The translations under genes were made by a program, and so were the position numbers. DNA of 41,421 nucleotides. Source: Ruminococcaceae bacterium UBA3451 (lineage in GTDB: Bacteria; Bacillota; Clostridia; Oscillospirales; Acutalibacteraceae). The stretch lies in contig DFRY01000043.1 of NCBI GenBank assembly GCA_002378845.1, positions 115,419-156,839 of the forward strand. The letters are read 5' to 3'. This document shows, piece by piece, positions 19,421-27,946 of the stretch; position 1 is the first letter of the stretch; each line of letters begins with the position of its first letter. The notes under the pieces were generated by a model. The model made no database searches, was not told the DNA's origin, and worked only from the letters and a program-made list of their open reading frames with translations.

Positions 19421-20887
19421 TCATGAAATGGAACCGTTATTGTCCTTATTTACAATATTCAGTACCTTCCGGTAACTGGGGTGAATCACCCAGTCCTGGT
19501 TATAGTCCAGATTCAGGTCGCTTTCCAAAAGGTCCGGCCGGTCTTCAAAGCGCAGGTAACCGAATTTCACGTCGTTCAGCGAAATAAACCCGATGCGGTA
19601 CAGGAAATTGGCAACCTCCAGCGAAGACATAGGCGTTTCCTTGTTGTCAATGCACAGTTCCGGCATTTTTTGAATAATATTCCGGTCAATGCAATCGAGC
19701 AGCTCCTTTAATTTGTAGCTGCTGCATCCGGCGGAAAAGGCATGAATTACGCCGACCAGCTGGCTGCACTGGTGTTTATGCTCTTTATAAAGGTCGTTCA
19801 GCCGTAAATTGCCGTATTCGTACAGCGCGTCGTTAATATCGCGGATTTCAATGGTATCCCGGGAATTGTCGCTGGCACATTTCGCGGCAAGTTTACATAA
19901 TACGGTCGCCCAGCGCGGCCTTCCGGCGCTTAAAATATGTATCGGCCCCGACGGGTCCAGAAATTTGGTCCCCCATTTCAGTTTGCCGCCTTTAAACACC
20001 AAGCTGCTAATGTCCTGCTGCTTCATTCCCGGCAGGTAAGGCGGAAACCGCCCCGGGTATTTCCGGTCAAAATAGCTGAAAATTTTTTTGGTCAGAATAA
20101 GCCCGGTTTCCTGCCGGGTCCATTTCAAATCATACATGTACTGCTCGCATTTGTCCAAATCGTCGTCTTTCAGCAGATTCCATACATCGGAACGAGCCGA
20201 AGCGCGAATATAAAGTCCGTTTACATTGTTAACCAAATTGCGGCAGGCGGTAAAAAAAGAACTTACGTTCAGGATTTTCAGTTCGCTGTTCACAAAATTT
20301 GCGTCAATGTCGTCAATAAAAATCCAAACATTCCGGTCGGTATTGTTTTCAAACCGTTTTAAAAGCTCCTGCGAATTCGCCTGCGATTTCGCCGTCTGCT
20401 GAATTTCCAGATTGTTCATTTTCATGTGCAGCCGCTGTGTCAGCGCGCCGATAATGTTTCGCGGGCAAACCCCCGCCAGTTCAGAGCTTTCCACTAGCGT
20501 CATGGTGTCGTCGGTAAACGCGGCGCCGATTTTTGAGCCGATTTCCATATTGATTCGGGAACAGATGCGCTGCTGCCAGCCATTAATACACTCGTAGGAA
20601 TTGTGCTCACTTCCAATGGATTTGAGCGCAATAAGGTCGGAGGCCTTTACAAAGATAAAAAAATCCTCCTTGTCCGTCTCCTGATGAATCTGCATGGTGT
20701 ATTTCAGCAGCGCGGACTTTCCCACGCCTTTTCTGGACCGCACAAAAGCCAAATGTTTTTTGTCCGAATAAAATTTTGCGTCGAAATCTTTCTTTTCCAC
20801 AAAATAGGTTTTTAAAACCTCAACATCTTCATCCTCGCCGGCTTCGTTTCCAAATAGGTTCTCTGCATCACGTAAATCATCAATCAT
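19421..20887 (-). CDS. Stand-alone P-loop ATPase (Sll1717-like family)
   Basis: FGNEAGEDE N-terminal motif, Walker A-like SRKGVGKS, Walker B VWIFIDDID, RSDVW, GRPR, and C-terminal LYRIGFI...IHPSYR. Family assignment is from motif recollection. Confidence 0.7.
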   Translation of the reverse strand: MIDDLRDAENLFGNEAGEDEDVEVLKTYFVEKKDFDAKFYSDKKHLAFVRSRKGVGKSALLKYTMQIHQETDKEDFFIFVKASDLIALKSIGSEHNSYECINGWQQRICSRINMEIGSKIGAAFTDDTMTLVESSELAGVCPRNIIGALTQRLHMKMNNLEIQQTAKSQANSQELLKRFENNTDRNVWIFIDDIDANFVNSELKILNVSSFFTACRNLVNNVNGLYIRASARSDVWNLLKDDDLDKCEQYMYDLKWTRQETGLILTKKIFSYFDRKYPGRFPPYLPGMKQQDISSLVFKGGKLKWGTKFLDPSGPIHILSAGRPRWATVLCKLAAKCASDNSRDTIEIRDINDALYEYGNLRLNDLYKEHKHQCSQLVGVIHAFSAGCSSYKLKELLDCIDRNIIQKMPELCIDNKETPMSSLEVANFLYRIGFISLNDVKFGYLRFEDRPDLLESDLNLDYNQDWVIHPSYRKVLNIVNKDNNGSIS

Positions 20888-20970
20888 ATTCGCACACTCC
20901 TATGTTTAGGGCTGCCTCCGGATTTATTTTACGGCTGTAATTCAGGGTTTCCTATTTTCGAATTAGTTTT

Positions 20971-20999
20971 ATTATACTATTATATTTCTTTGCAATCAA
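20971..20999 (-). promoter_or_regulatory. sigmaA promoter of the ATPase gene
   Basis: TTGATT-17 nt-TATAAT just downstream of the terminator at 21001-21042. Confidence 0.6.
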
Positions 21000-21000
21000 C

Positions 21001-21042
21001 AAAAAAGAGCAGATATATGGGAAAGCCCCCGTATATTTGCTC
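21001..21042 (-). terminator. Terminator after the diguanylate cyclase gene
   Basis: GAGCAAATATACGGG...CCCATATATCTGCTC followed by T6. Confidence 0.75.
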
Positions 21043-21092
21043 GTCAAATTCCATCAATTCTTGCAGAACCGCCCCAAAATCAAATTCGGATT

Positions 21093-22304
21093 TCAGCGGT
21101 ACGCCACAACAACCCGGTTTCTTCCTTTCTTTTTTGCCTCATACAGCGCATGGTCGGCGCAAAGCAGCAGTTTTGTGCGGTCCGTTTCCTCCATGTTATT
21201 ATGAACATAAAGCCCCACGCTAATGGTTACCACCGGGAAACTGCTGTTCTGGTTTGCGGGAAAAGGAATATTTTGCTCCCGCGCAATACGAACCAGCTCG
21301 TTTGCGGCGCTGACCGCCTCGTCCTCCCGCTTGTCCGGGAAAAGCACCAAAAATTCTTCGCCGCCGTACCGGCCGATTTTGCCCCCCTGCGCATTCACAT
21401 ATTTTTCTATGGCACAGGTCAGCTTTACCAGGCAGTTGTCGCCGGTAATATGGCCGTATGTATCGTTGTACAGCTTAAAATTATCAATATCGATCATCAT
21501 ACAGATTATGCTGCTGTGGCCGCCCGATGTAATTTCATTTAAGTACTCGATAATACTTTTACGGTTCGGAATTTTTGTCAGGTAATCGTTGTTTGCGTAA
21601 AATTCCAGCTTGCGGTTCTGGTCTTCCACCAGCTTGCGGTTCATGTACCAGCGGAATTTGGTACGGTTGTTCAAAATTAAAATTACACAGGCGGCAACCA
21701 CCATGAAAAACGGGTTTACCAGTTCCGCAAACGTAACGGTAATGCCCAGATGCGCGGTCAGAACCAAAACAAAGTATACCGCGTAGCTTACCCCGTTCAC
21801 AATACAGTGGCGCACCGGTTCCAGTTTAAAAACCACCGTATTAATAATCATGAGCTGAATAAACAGATAGGAGGAAAAGCCGTTGATTACGTCAAACGCG
21901 GAAAAGATGGCGCTCCAAATTCCTATTACAGCCACCATGGCCAGTTCCAGCACCATTAACCCCTTCACCGTATGTTTTTTTACAAGAAATGCAGTTAAAA
22001 AACACACGCTTGCCGCAATCATAGAGGTGTACATATAAATATATTGGGGGAAAAACGTACCCTTTTTAATAAAAGCGTTCGCAACGTAAAAAAACACCAT
22101 CAGGCTTTCCATCGCCAGAATCATAATTAAAATAACAATTGCGGGTACCCGGTTGCGTTCGGCGCAATCGGCGATAAACCCGCTGCGCGTTTCGGCGGAA
22201 GCCCCGTCGATTTGGTACCATGCAACCGGCAGTTTTTCCTTTATCTTTTTCCGTATGGATATGCCAAAGAATCCTTTTCCGTTTGTTCCGCTTGTTCCGC
22301 GCAT
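21093..22304 (-). CDS. Membrane-bound diguanylate cyclase (GGDEF domain)
   Basis: About six TM helices, then DYLTKIPNR, DIDNFKLYNDTYGH, RYGGEEF, ADHALYEAK. Confidence 0.92.
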   Translation of the reverse strand: MRGTSGTNGKGFFGISIRKKIKEKLPVAWYQIDGASAETRSGFIADCAERNRVPAIVILIMILAMESLMVFFYVANAFIKKGTFFPQYIYMYTSMIAASVCFLTAFLVKKHTVKGLMVLELAMVAVIGIWSAIFSAFDVINGFSSYLFIQLMIINTVVFKLEPVRHCIVNGVSYAVYFVLVLTAHLGITVTFAELVNPFFMVVAACVILILNNRTKFRWYMNRKLVEDQNRKLEFYANNDYLTKIPNRKSIIEYLNEITSGGHSSIICMMIDIDNFKLYNDTYGHITGDNCLVKLTCAIEKYVNAQGGKIGRYGGEEFLVLFPDKREDEAVSAANELVRIAREQNIPFPANQNSSFPVVTISVGLYVHNNMEETDRTKLLLCADHALYEAKKKGRNRVVVAYR

Positions 22305-22415
22305 AACGTCAGCTCCTCATTGGGATATGGTTTTCTAAGCAGGCCGCAGCGCTGCCGGAAATAATTCGGCATATCTCTCTTCGACTTTTTTACTGAAAAA
22401 TTTCCCTGTTGTATT

Positions 22416-22444
22416 ATTATACGTCCCTGCTCCCCATTCTTCAA
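22416..22444 (-). promoter_or_regulatory. sigmaA promoter of the diguanylate cyclase gene
   Basis: TTGAAG-17 nt-TATAAT. Confidence 0.6.
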
Positions 22445-22449
22445 TAGCA

Positions 22450-22477
22450 AACAAACGCGGGTTACCCCGCGTTTGTT
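22450..22477 (-). terminator. Hairpin/terminator after the GH13 gene
   Basis: AACAAACGCGGG-GTAA-CCCGCGTTTGTT. Confidence 0.65.
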
Positions 22478-24350
22478 ATTGCGTAATATTCGTTTTTTCC
22501 GCCGGCTCCTCCAGCAGCAGCGCGGCACAGCTTTTCGGCTGTAGCACCAAAGCTTCGCCCGGCAGAGGGCCGATTAAGGCTGTGGCGTTACGCCACTCCT
22601 CCGAAACTGAAATGCTTCGCCGCTCTTCGCTTGCGTTAAACGCACAAAGCAGGCTCTGCCCGCCGCCGCGCCGAATGTATGCCATACAGCCGTCCGCGGC
22701 ATGTACCGGAATAAATTCGCCCTCTTTCAGCGCGGGGCATTGTGCGCGCAGGCGGCCGAGCGTTTGGTACCACGCAATCAATTCAGTCTCTTCTTCGCCC
22801 CAGGGGTAGCAGGCGCGGTTAAACGGGTCACGGTAGCCTTCCATTCCGGCCTCGTCCCCGTAATAAATGCACGGAACCCCCGGAAGAGTAAACTGCATCA
22901 GTGAAGCAAGGCGCATCCTGTTTAACCCGTACGCTCGGCTTTCTTTGGTCAGGCAGGCGGCCCCCTGCCACTCTCTGCCTCGGCAGCGAGCGGGTTCGCC
23001 CGCCAGTACCGTCATGGCGCGTTCCGTGTCATGGGTGCCAATGTGGTTCATCAGCAGCCGCGTTACCTGCGGCGGGTAATTTTCAAGAATATTCAAAATG
23101 GTTTCCATCATGTCCGCCGGGTTTGCCCCTGTCAAAAATCCCAGTACCGCGCTGCGGAACGGATAATTCATTACGCTGTCCAGCTGGTGACCCAGAAGGT
23201 ACCTGCGCCGGAACCCGTAAGCCATTTTATTGGAAGCATCCTCCCACACTTCGCCCAGAATCAGCGCGTCGCTGTTCTGCGCTTTCGCCGCGGCACGCAG
23301 GTTTTCCAGAAAGAAATCGGGCAGTTCGTCGGCAACGTCAAGCCGCCAGCCCGCCGCACCCGATTCAATCCACCTCTGAATAATACCGCCTGTGCCGTTA
23401 ATGTACTGGCTGTACTGCGGGTTGCGCTCGTTCACATTGGGCAGAGTTGTGAAGTTCCACCAGCATTCGTAATCGTTCGGCCATCTGCGAAAGCTGTACC
23501 ACGGGTAATAAGGGGATGACTGCGAATTGTACGCGCCGTCGTTCGGGTAGCGGCGCTCGCGGTTAAAATAAACGCTGTCGCTCCCCGTGTGATTGAACAC
23601 GCCGTCCAATAAAATGTGAATTCCAAGTTCTTTTGCCGCTTTGCATAAGTGCGTAAAATCTTCTTCCGTACCGAGCATCGGGTCGATTTTGGAATAATCC
23701 GCTGTGTTGTACCGATGGTTGGAATGGGCTTCAAAAATCGGATTGAAATAGATGCACGTCACACCCAGCGATTTCAGGTAATCGAGCTTTTCCTCCACCC
23801 CTTTTAAATCGCCGCCGTAATAATCCGTATTCGTAATTTTACCCTGTGCGTCCGGCTTCCAGTCCGGCTGTTCGTCCCAGGATTCATGCAGTTTCCGGTC
23901 GGTCGGAACGCCTTCCTTTTTCTGCCCGGAACGGAAAAAGCGGTCGGGAAAAATCTGATACATTACGCCGCCCGCAAGCCAGTCGGGCGTTTGAAAGCCG
24001 CGGTCATACACCGTTAGCTGCCAAAAACGGCCTGCTTCCAGCTTACCTTCCCCGCCGAAACCGCAGGTCAGGGTTTTTACGCCAAGGGATGTGTCGAGCC
24101 TGAAATAATAAAAATACAGTCCCGGTTTGGCGGGTGTAAAATGACATTCCCACCATTCGTCATTTTCCCCGTTCATTCCGCACCAGAACATGCCGTTGAC
24201 CTGTTCCTGCGCGGCGGCATCCGGCGCTATAATAAGCCTTGCCGCAGAACAGTGAAGCGAACGCGGCAGGGTGATTTTAAAATGTACGCGCGTGCCGTCC
24301 GCCACCGCGCCCGTGGGGCTGCGGTAAATCGGATTGCGGGAATTGAACAT
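22476..24350 (-). CDS. GH13 cyclomaltodextrinase/neopullulanase-like glycosidase
   Basis: YQIFPDRF, DGVFNH, GWRLDVADE, GEVW, THDTER. Start at MFNSRN after GGAGG; the ORF-track N-terminal extension runs into a repeat element. Confidence 0.92.
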   Translation of the reverse strand: MFNSRNPIYRSPTGAVADGTRVHFKITLPRSLHCSAARLIIAPDAAAQEQVNGMFWCGMNGENDEWWECHFTPAKPGLYFYYFRLDTSLGVKTLTCGFGGEGKLEAGRFWQLTVYDRGFQTPDWLAGGVMYQIFPDRFFRSGQKKEGVPTDRKLHESWDEQPDWKPDAQGKITNTDYYGGDLKGVEEKLDYLKSLGVTCIYFNPIFEAHSNHRYNTADYSKIDPMLGTEEDFTHLCKAAKELGIHILLDGVFNHTGSDSVYFNRERRYPNDGAYNSQSSPYYPWYSFRRWPNDYECWWNFTTLPNVNERNPQYSQYINGTGGIIQRWIESGAAGWRLDVADELPDFFLENLRAAAKAQNSDALILGEVWEDASNKMAYGFRRRYLLGHQLDSVMNYPFRSAVLGFLTGANPADMMETILNILENYPPQVTRLLMNHIGTHDTERAMTVLAGEPARCRGREWQGAACLTKESRAYGLNRMRLASLMQFTLPGVPCIYYGDEAGMEGYRDPFNRACYPWGEEETELIAWYQTLGRLRAQCPALKEGEFIPVHAADGCMAYIRRGGGQSLLCAFNASEERRSISVSEEWRNATALIGPLPGEALVLQPKSCAALLLEEPAEKTNITQ

Positions 24351-24375
24351 GAAACAGACCTCCAGAATGTTGCTT

Positions 24376-24472
24376 TTGTCCTCATGCCGAACAGGCACCG
24401 GCTTTCGATCTTGTACGAAAGTCGGCAAAGAACGCGAAAGGGGGATTTTGAACCCCGGCGAGGGGGCTCCGC
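24376..24472 (+). repeat. Dispersed structured intergenic repeat, copy A (3'-truncated)
   Basis: TTGTCCTCATGCCGAACAGGCACCGGCTTTCGATCTTGTACGAAAGTCGGCAAAGAACGCGAAAGGGGGATTTTGAACCCCGGCGAG aligns with copies at 30087 and 38388. Confidence 0.9.
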
Positions 24473-24476
24473 TTAA

Positions 24477-26891
24477 TTACTTATATTCTTTTGGCAACGG
24501 CTTTGCGTCCCAAATATTCTCCGCGTATTCGCGAATGGCGCGGTCGGCCGCAAAACGCCCCGCGTTGGCGGTATTAATCAGCCCCATGCGGTGCCACGCG
24601 GCAGAATCCGCGTAAAGCGCCTCGGACTTTTTGCGCGCTTTTGAAAAAGAGTCGAAGTCCGCCAGTACCATGTACGGGTCGGATTTTAACAGCGAATCGC
24701 CAATATCCTGAAAACTGACGCCGCCAAAGCCCGCGTTCAGTTCCTCAATCGCACCTTTTATTACCGGATTATTGCGGAAGAACACCCTCGGATCATAATT
24801 GGGCTTCAGCGCATTTACCTCCGGCGTGGTCATGCCGAACAGGATGATATTTTCATCGCCCACCGCGTCGTGAATTTCCACGTTTGCGCCGTCCAGCGTT
24901 CCCAGCGTTACCGCCGCGTTAATCATAAATTTCATGTTGCTGGTACCCGAAGCCTCGGTGCCCGCCAGCGAAATCTGCTCGCTGATGTCCGCCGCCGGGG
25001 TCAACAGTTCGGCCAACGTTACGCGGTAATCCTCCAGATAGACAACCTGCATTTTTTTGTTCACGCGCGGGTCACGGTTAATGGTATTCCCCAAGTTTAC
25101 AATAAAACGGATCATTTGCTTCGCAAAATAATAACCCGGTGCCGCTTTCGCGCCGAAAATATAGGTGCGCGGGGTAAATTCCGCGTTCGGGTTATCGCGC
25201 AGCCAGCGGTAGGTGGCCAAAATCTGCAGCCCGTTCAAGTGCTGGCGTTTGTATTCGTGCATGCGTTTGACCTGCACGTCGAAAATGGAATCGGGGTTAA
25301 TTTCAATATCGTTTACTTCCTTAATATATTCCGCAAGGCGCAGCTTGTTGCCCCGCTTAATTTGCGCCATTTTCTCCAGCACCGCCGCGTCGTCTTTGTA
25401 CTTCAGCAGCTTTTGCAGCTCATCGGCACGGTGAACATAGCCGTCGCCGATCAGTTCGGTAATCAGGGCGGAAAGTGCAGGGTTCGCCTGGTTCAGCCAG
25501 CGGCGGTAAGCAATTCCGTTGGTTACATTCGTGAATTTTTCCGGCATTTCCGTGTAAAAATCGTGGAACACCCGCTCCTTCAAAATTTCACTGTGCAGCT
25601 GCGAAACACCGTTCACGCTGTGACTGCTTGCCACCGCAAGGTTCGCCATTTTCACATAACCGTCGTTCAGCGGTGCCATGCGGCCCACCTTGTAGCCGTC
25701 CACCCCTTTGGCGTGCATATCGGCGCAGAACCGGCGGTTAATTTCTTCTACAATCTGATAAATACGCGGCAGCATCATTTTAAACAGATCAACGCCCCAG
25801 CATTCCAATGCTTCGGCCATTACCGTATGGTTTGTATAGGCAATGGTGCGCGTGGTAATATCCCACGCGTTTTCCCAGGTGTAGCCGCACTCGTCCAGCA
25901 TCACGCGCATCATTTCCGGAATAGCAAGCACAGGGTGCGTGTCGTTCAAGTGAATTGCAACCAGCTCCGGCAGATTGTCGAGCGTACGGTTGCGGAACAA
26001 ATGGCGGCGGATAATATCCTGCACCGTTGCGGAAACCAGAAAATACTGCTGGGAAAGGCGCAGGCTTTTGCCTTCAATGTGATTGTCGTCGGGGTAAAGC
26101 ACCTTTGTTATAGCTTCCGCCATGGCGTTCTGCTCCATGGCGCGCATATAATTTCCGCTGTTAAACAGCTTCATGTCAAATTCGGCAGAGGACGACGCCC
26201 AAATACGCAGGCGGCTTATGCCCTTGCCGTCCATTCCGGCAACGTAAAGGTCGTACGGCACGGCGATGACCTTGGTGTAATCTTTATGATTTACAATATG
26301 GTACTGATTGTTCCAGGCTTCTTCAATATGGCCGTTGAAGTGCACTTCCACACTTTTTTCCGGCACGGCCTGCATCCAGATTTTCCCACCGGGCAGCCAA
26401 AAATCAGGCAGCTCGGTCTGCCAGCCGTCCACCAGCTTCTGCCGGAAAATACCGTACTCATAACGAAGCGAATACCCGGTCGCGGGGTAACCCTGCGAAG
26501 CAAGGCCATCCAGAAAACAGGCGGCAAGCCTGCCCAGGCCGCCGTTTCCCAAACCGGCGTCGGGTTCCTGCTCATACAGCGCGTCTAGCTTTAACCCCAT
26601 ATCCTCCAGCGCCTGCCGGAAGTCCCCCTCGATTCCAAGGTTAAACAGGTTGTTTTTCAGCGAACGCCCCAGCAAAAATTCCATGCAAAGGTAGTACACC
26701 TGTTTGGTATGGGTCTGTTCGGCCTGTGTCATATATTCGCTGCGGCCCTGTGCCATCAGGTCGCGCACGGTCAGCGCAACCGCTTTGTAGCACTGTTCAT
26801 CGCTGGCGTTTTCCAGGCTGACGCCGAACACGCATTCCAGCTTGGTAAGGATAGTCTCTTTTATCTTGTCAACCGGCTGTTTATAGTTCAT
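24477..26891 (-). CDS. glgP: Glycogen/starch/maltodextrin phosphorylase
   Basis: GLGNGGLGRLAACF, HLNDTHP, KRMHEYKRQ, EASGTSNMKF (PLP lysine). ATG 26891 follows GGAGG. Confidence 0.96.
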   Translation of the reverse strand: MNYKQPVDKIKETILTKLECVFGVSLENASDEQCYKAVALTVRDLMAQGRSEYMTQAEQTHTKQVYYLCMEFLLGRSLKNNLFNLGIEGDFRQALEDMGLKLDALYEQEPDAGLGNGGLGRLAACFLDGLASQGYPATGYSLRYEYGIFRQKLVDGWQTELPDFWLPGGKIWMQAVPEKSVEVHFNGHIEEAWNNQYHIVNHKDYTKVIAVPYDLYVAGMDGKGISRLRIWASSSAEFDMKLFNSGNYMRAMEQNAMAEAITKVLYPDDNHIEGKSLRLSQQYFLVSATVQDIIRRHLFRNRTLDNLPELVAIHLNDTHPVLAIPEMMRVMLDECGYTWENAWDITTRTIAYTNHTVMAEALECWGVDLFKMMLPRIYQIVEEINRRFCADMHAKGVDGYKVGRMAPLNDGYVKMANLAVASSHSVNGVSQLHSEILKERVFHDFYTEMPEKFTNVTNGIAYRRWLNQANPALSALITELIGDGYVHRADELQKLLKYKDDAAVLEKMAQIKRGNKLRLAEYIKEVNDIEINPDSIFDVQVKRMHEYKRQHLNGLQILATYRWLRDNPNAEFTPRTYIFGAKAAPGYYFAKQMIRFIVNLGNTINRDPRVNKKMQVVYLEDYRVTLAELLTPAADISEQISLAGTEASGTSNMKFMINAAVTLGTLDGANVEIHDAVGDENIILFGMTTPEVNALKPNYDPRVFFRNNPVIKGAIEELNAGFGGVSFQDIGDSLLKSDPYMVLADFDSFSKARKKSEALYADSAAWHRMGLINTANAGRFAADRAIREYAENIWDAKPLPKEYK

Positions 26892-27050
26892 ACGTTCCTC
26901 CATATGAAAATCATGTGTCAAAATTTCTGGCGATTTCTGTTTGAATCGGGCTGCAGGGGGTTCGGATTCTGTCCGTTCCTGCCGCACTGTGCAAACGGAT
27001 GCTTGCAGCCCGGGTGGCTTTCGTAATTGCCAAATTTGTGTTATGTGTTC

Positions 27051-27079
27051 ATTATATACCAATATTTTATATTTTTCAA
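27051..27079 (-). promoter_or_regulatory. sigmaA promoter of glgP
   Basis: TTGAAA-17 nt-TATAAT, implying a 5' leader of about 150 nt. Confidence 0.65.
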
Positions 27080-27427
27080 TAACAGTATATGCAGCAATGG
27101 TTCCAAGAGAAATGTCCAATTTTTAACGATTCAGTCACAGTTTTTTCACATAGTAAGACTTTGATTTTTATTTTTTGTTACTATGTTTTTTCTTTGATTA
27201 TTTGTGCATATTGCATAAAATTACATTTCGACAAAATTTGTGTCGCCTCCTGCTTTGGCACTTCCGGGCAGCTTTCTGCCGCAATGTGCGGAAAAGAATT
27301 TAAAAAGCCGGAGCAAGAACGGAAAATTTGCGCGTCCTCTTTCCTGAAATCTCTTTCATATTATGATATAATATATTATAATTAAAAAAAGTTAAAAATC
27401 CGCTACTGTGTGAAAGGGTATGACTTC

Positions 27428-27946
27428 ATGAGTAAGAACAGAATAAAACTGAACATCTGCGGTTCCGAATGTGTCATCAGCTCAGATGACAGTGAAAGCT
27501 ACGTCCGTTCGATCGGCGATGAAGTCGAACAGGCTATTGAAGAAATTATCAGCAAGAACGAGCGTGTTTCCATCACCATGGCGGCTATGATCACGGCGCT
27601 GCGCTACTGTGACGAAGCCCACAAGGCCTCCGGCGGGGCGGACAACCTCCGTTCCCAAATCAAGGACTACCTTGAGGACTCTTCCCACGCAAGAACAGAA
27701 GCCGAAGAAGCCAAACGCGAAATTGAACGCTTAAAGCGTGAAATACAAACGCTGCGTTCCCGCCTGGAAGAAAACGACGGGGAAGAAACAGCCGGGGCAA
27801 GCGAAGAACCGCGCCCCGCAAGACCGTTACCGTCGGCTCCGCCCGTACAAAGGCCGGTCACCGGCAGTTATTCGCGCGTTCAGCCCGACCGCGCAGCCGA
27901 ACAGGAAGGATTCATGAGTTTTTTTGAAAAAAAGAATGACGACTAA
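27428..27946 (+). CDS. zapA: Cell division protein ZapA with a C-terminal extension
   Basis: NRIKLNICGSECVISSDDSESYV...AAMITAL ZapA pattern followed by a coiled coil. Confidence 0.8.
   Translation: MSKNRIKLNICGSECVISSDDSESYVRSIGDEVEQAIEEIISKNERVSITMAAMITALRYCDEAHKASGGADNLRSQIKDYLEDSSHARTEAEEAKREIERLKREIQTLRSRLEENDGEETAGASEEPRPARPLPSAPPVQRPVTGSYSRVQPDRAAEQEGFMSFFEKKNDD

Noticed and set aside
22305..22415. c-di-GMP riboswitch upstream of the diguanylate cyclase
   Set aside because: No class I (GCAAA...GAAA tetraloop/receptor) or class II pattern is visible.
24870..26588. 572-aa plus-strand ORF
   Set aside because: Antisense shadow of glgP, explained by codon bias.
26892..27119. ORF-track N-terminal extensions of GlgP (also GH13, HisS, MreB, MreD)
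   Set aside because: Downstream ATGs have good RBSs and match family N-termini; the extensions cross promoters or repeat DNA.
27120..27427. 6S RNA or other ncRNA next to zapA
   Set aside because: AT-rich divergent promoter region without a long rod-like self-complementary segment.
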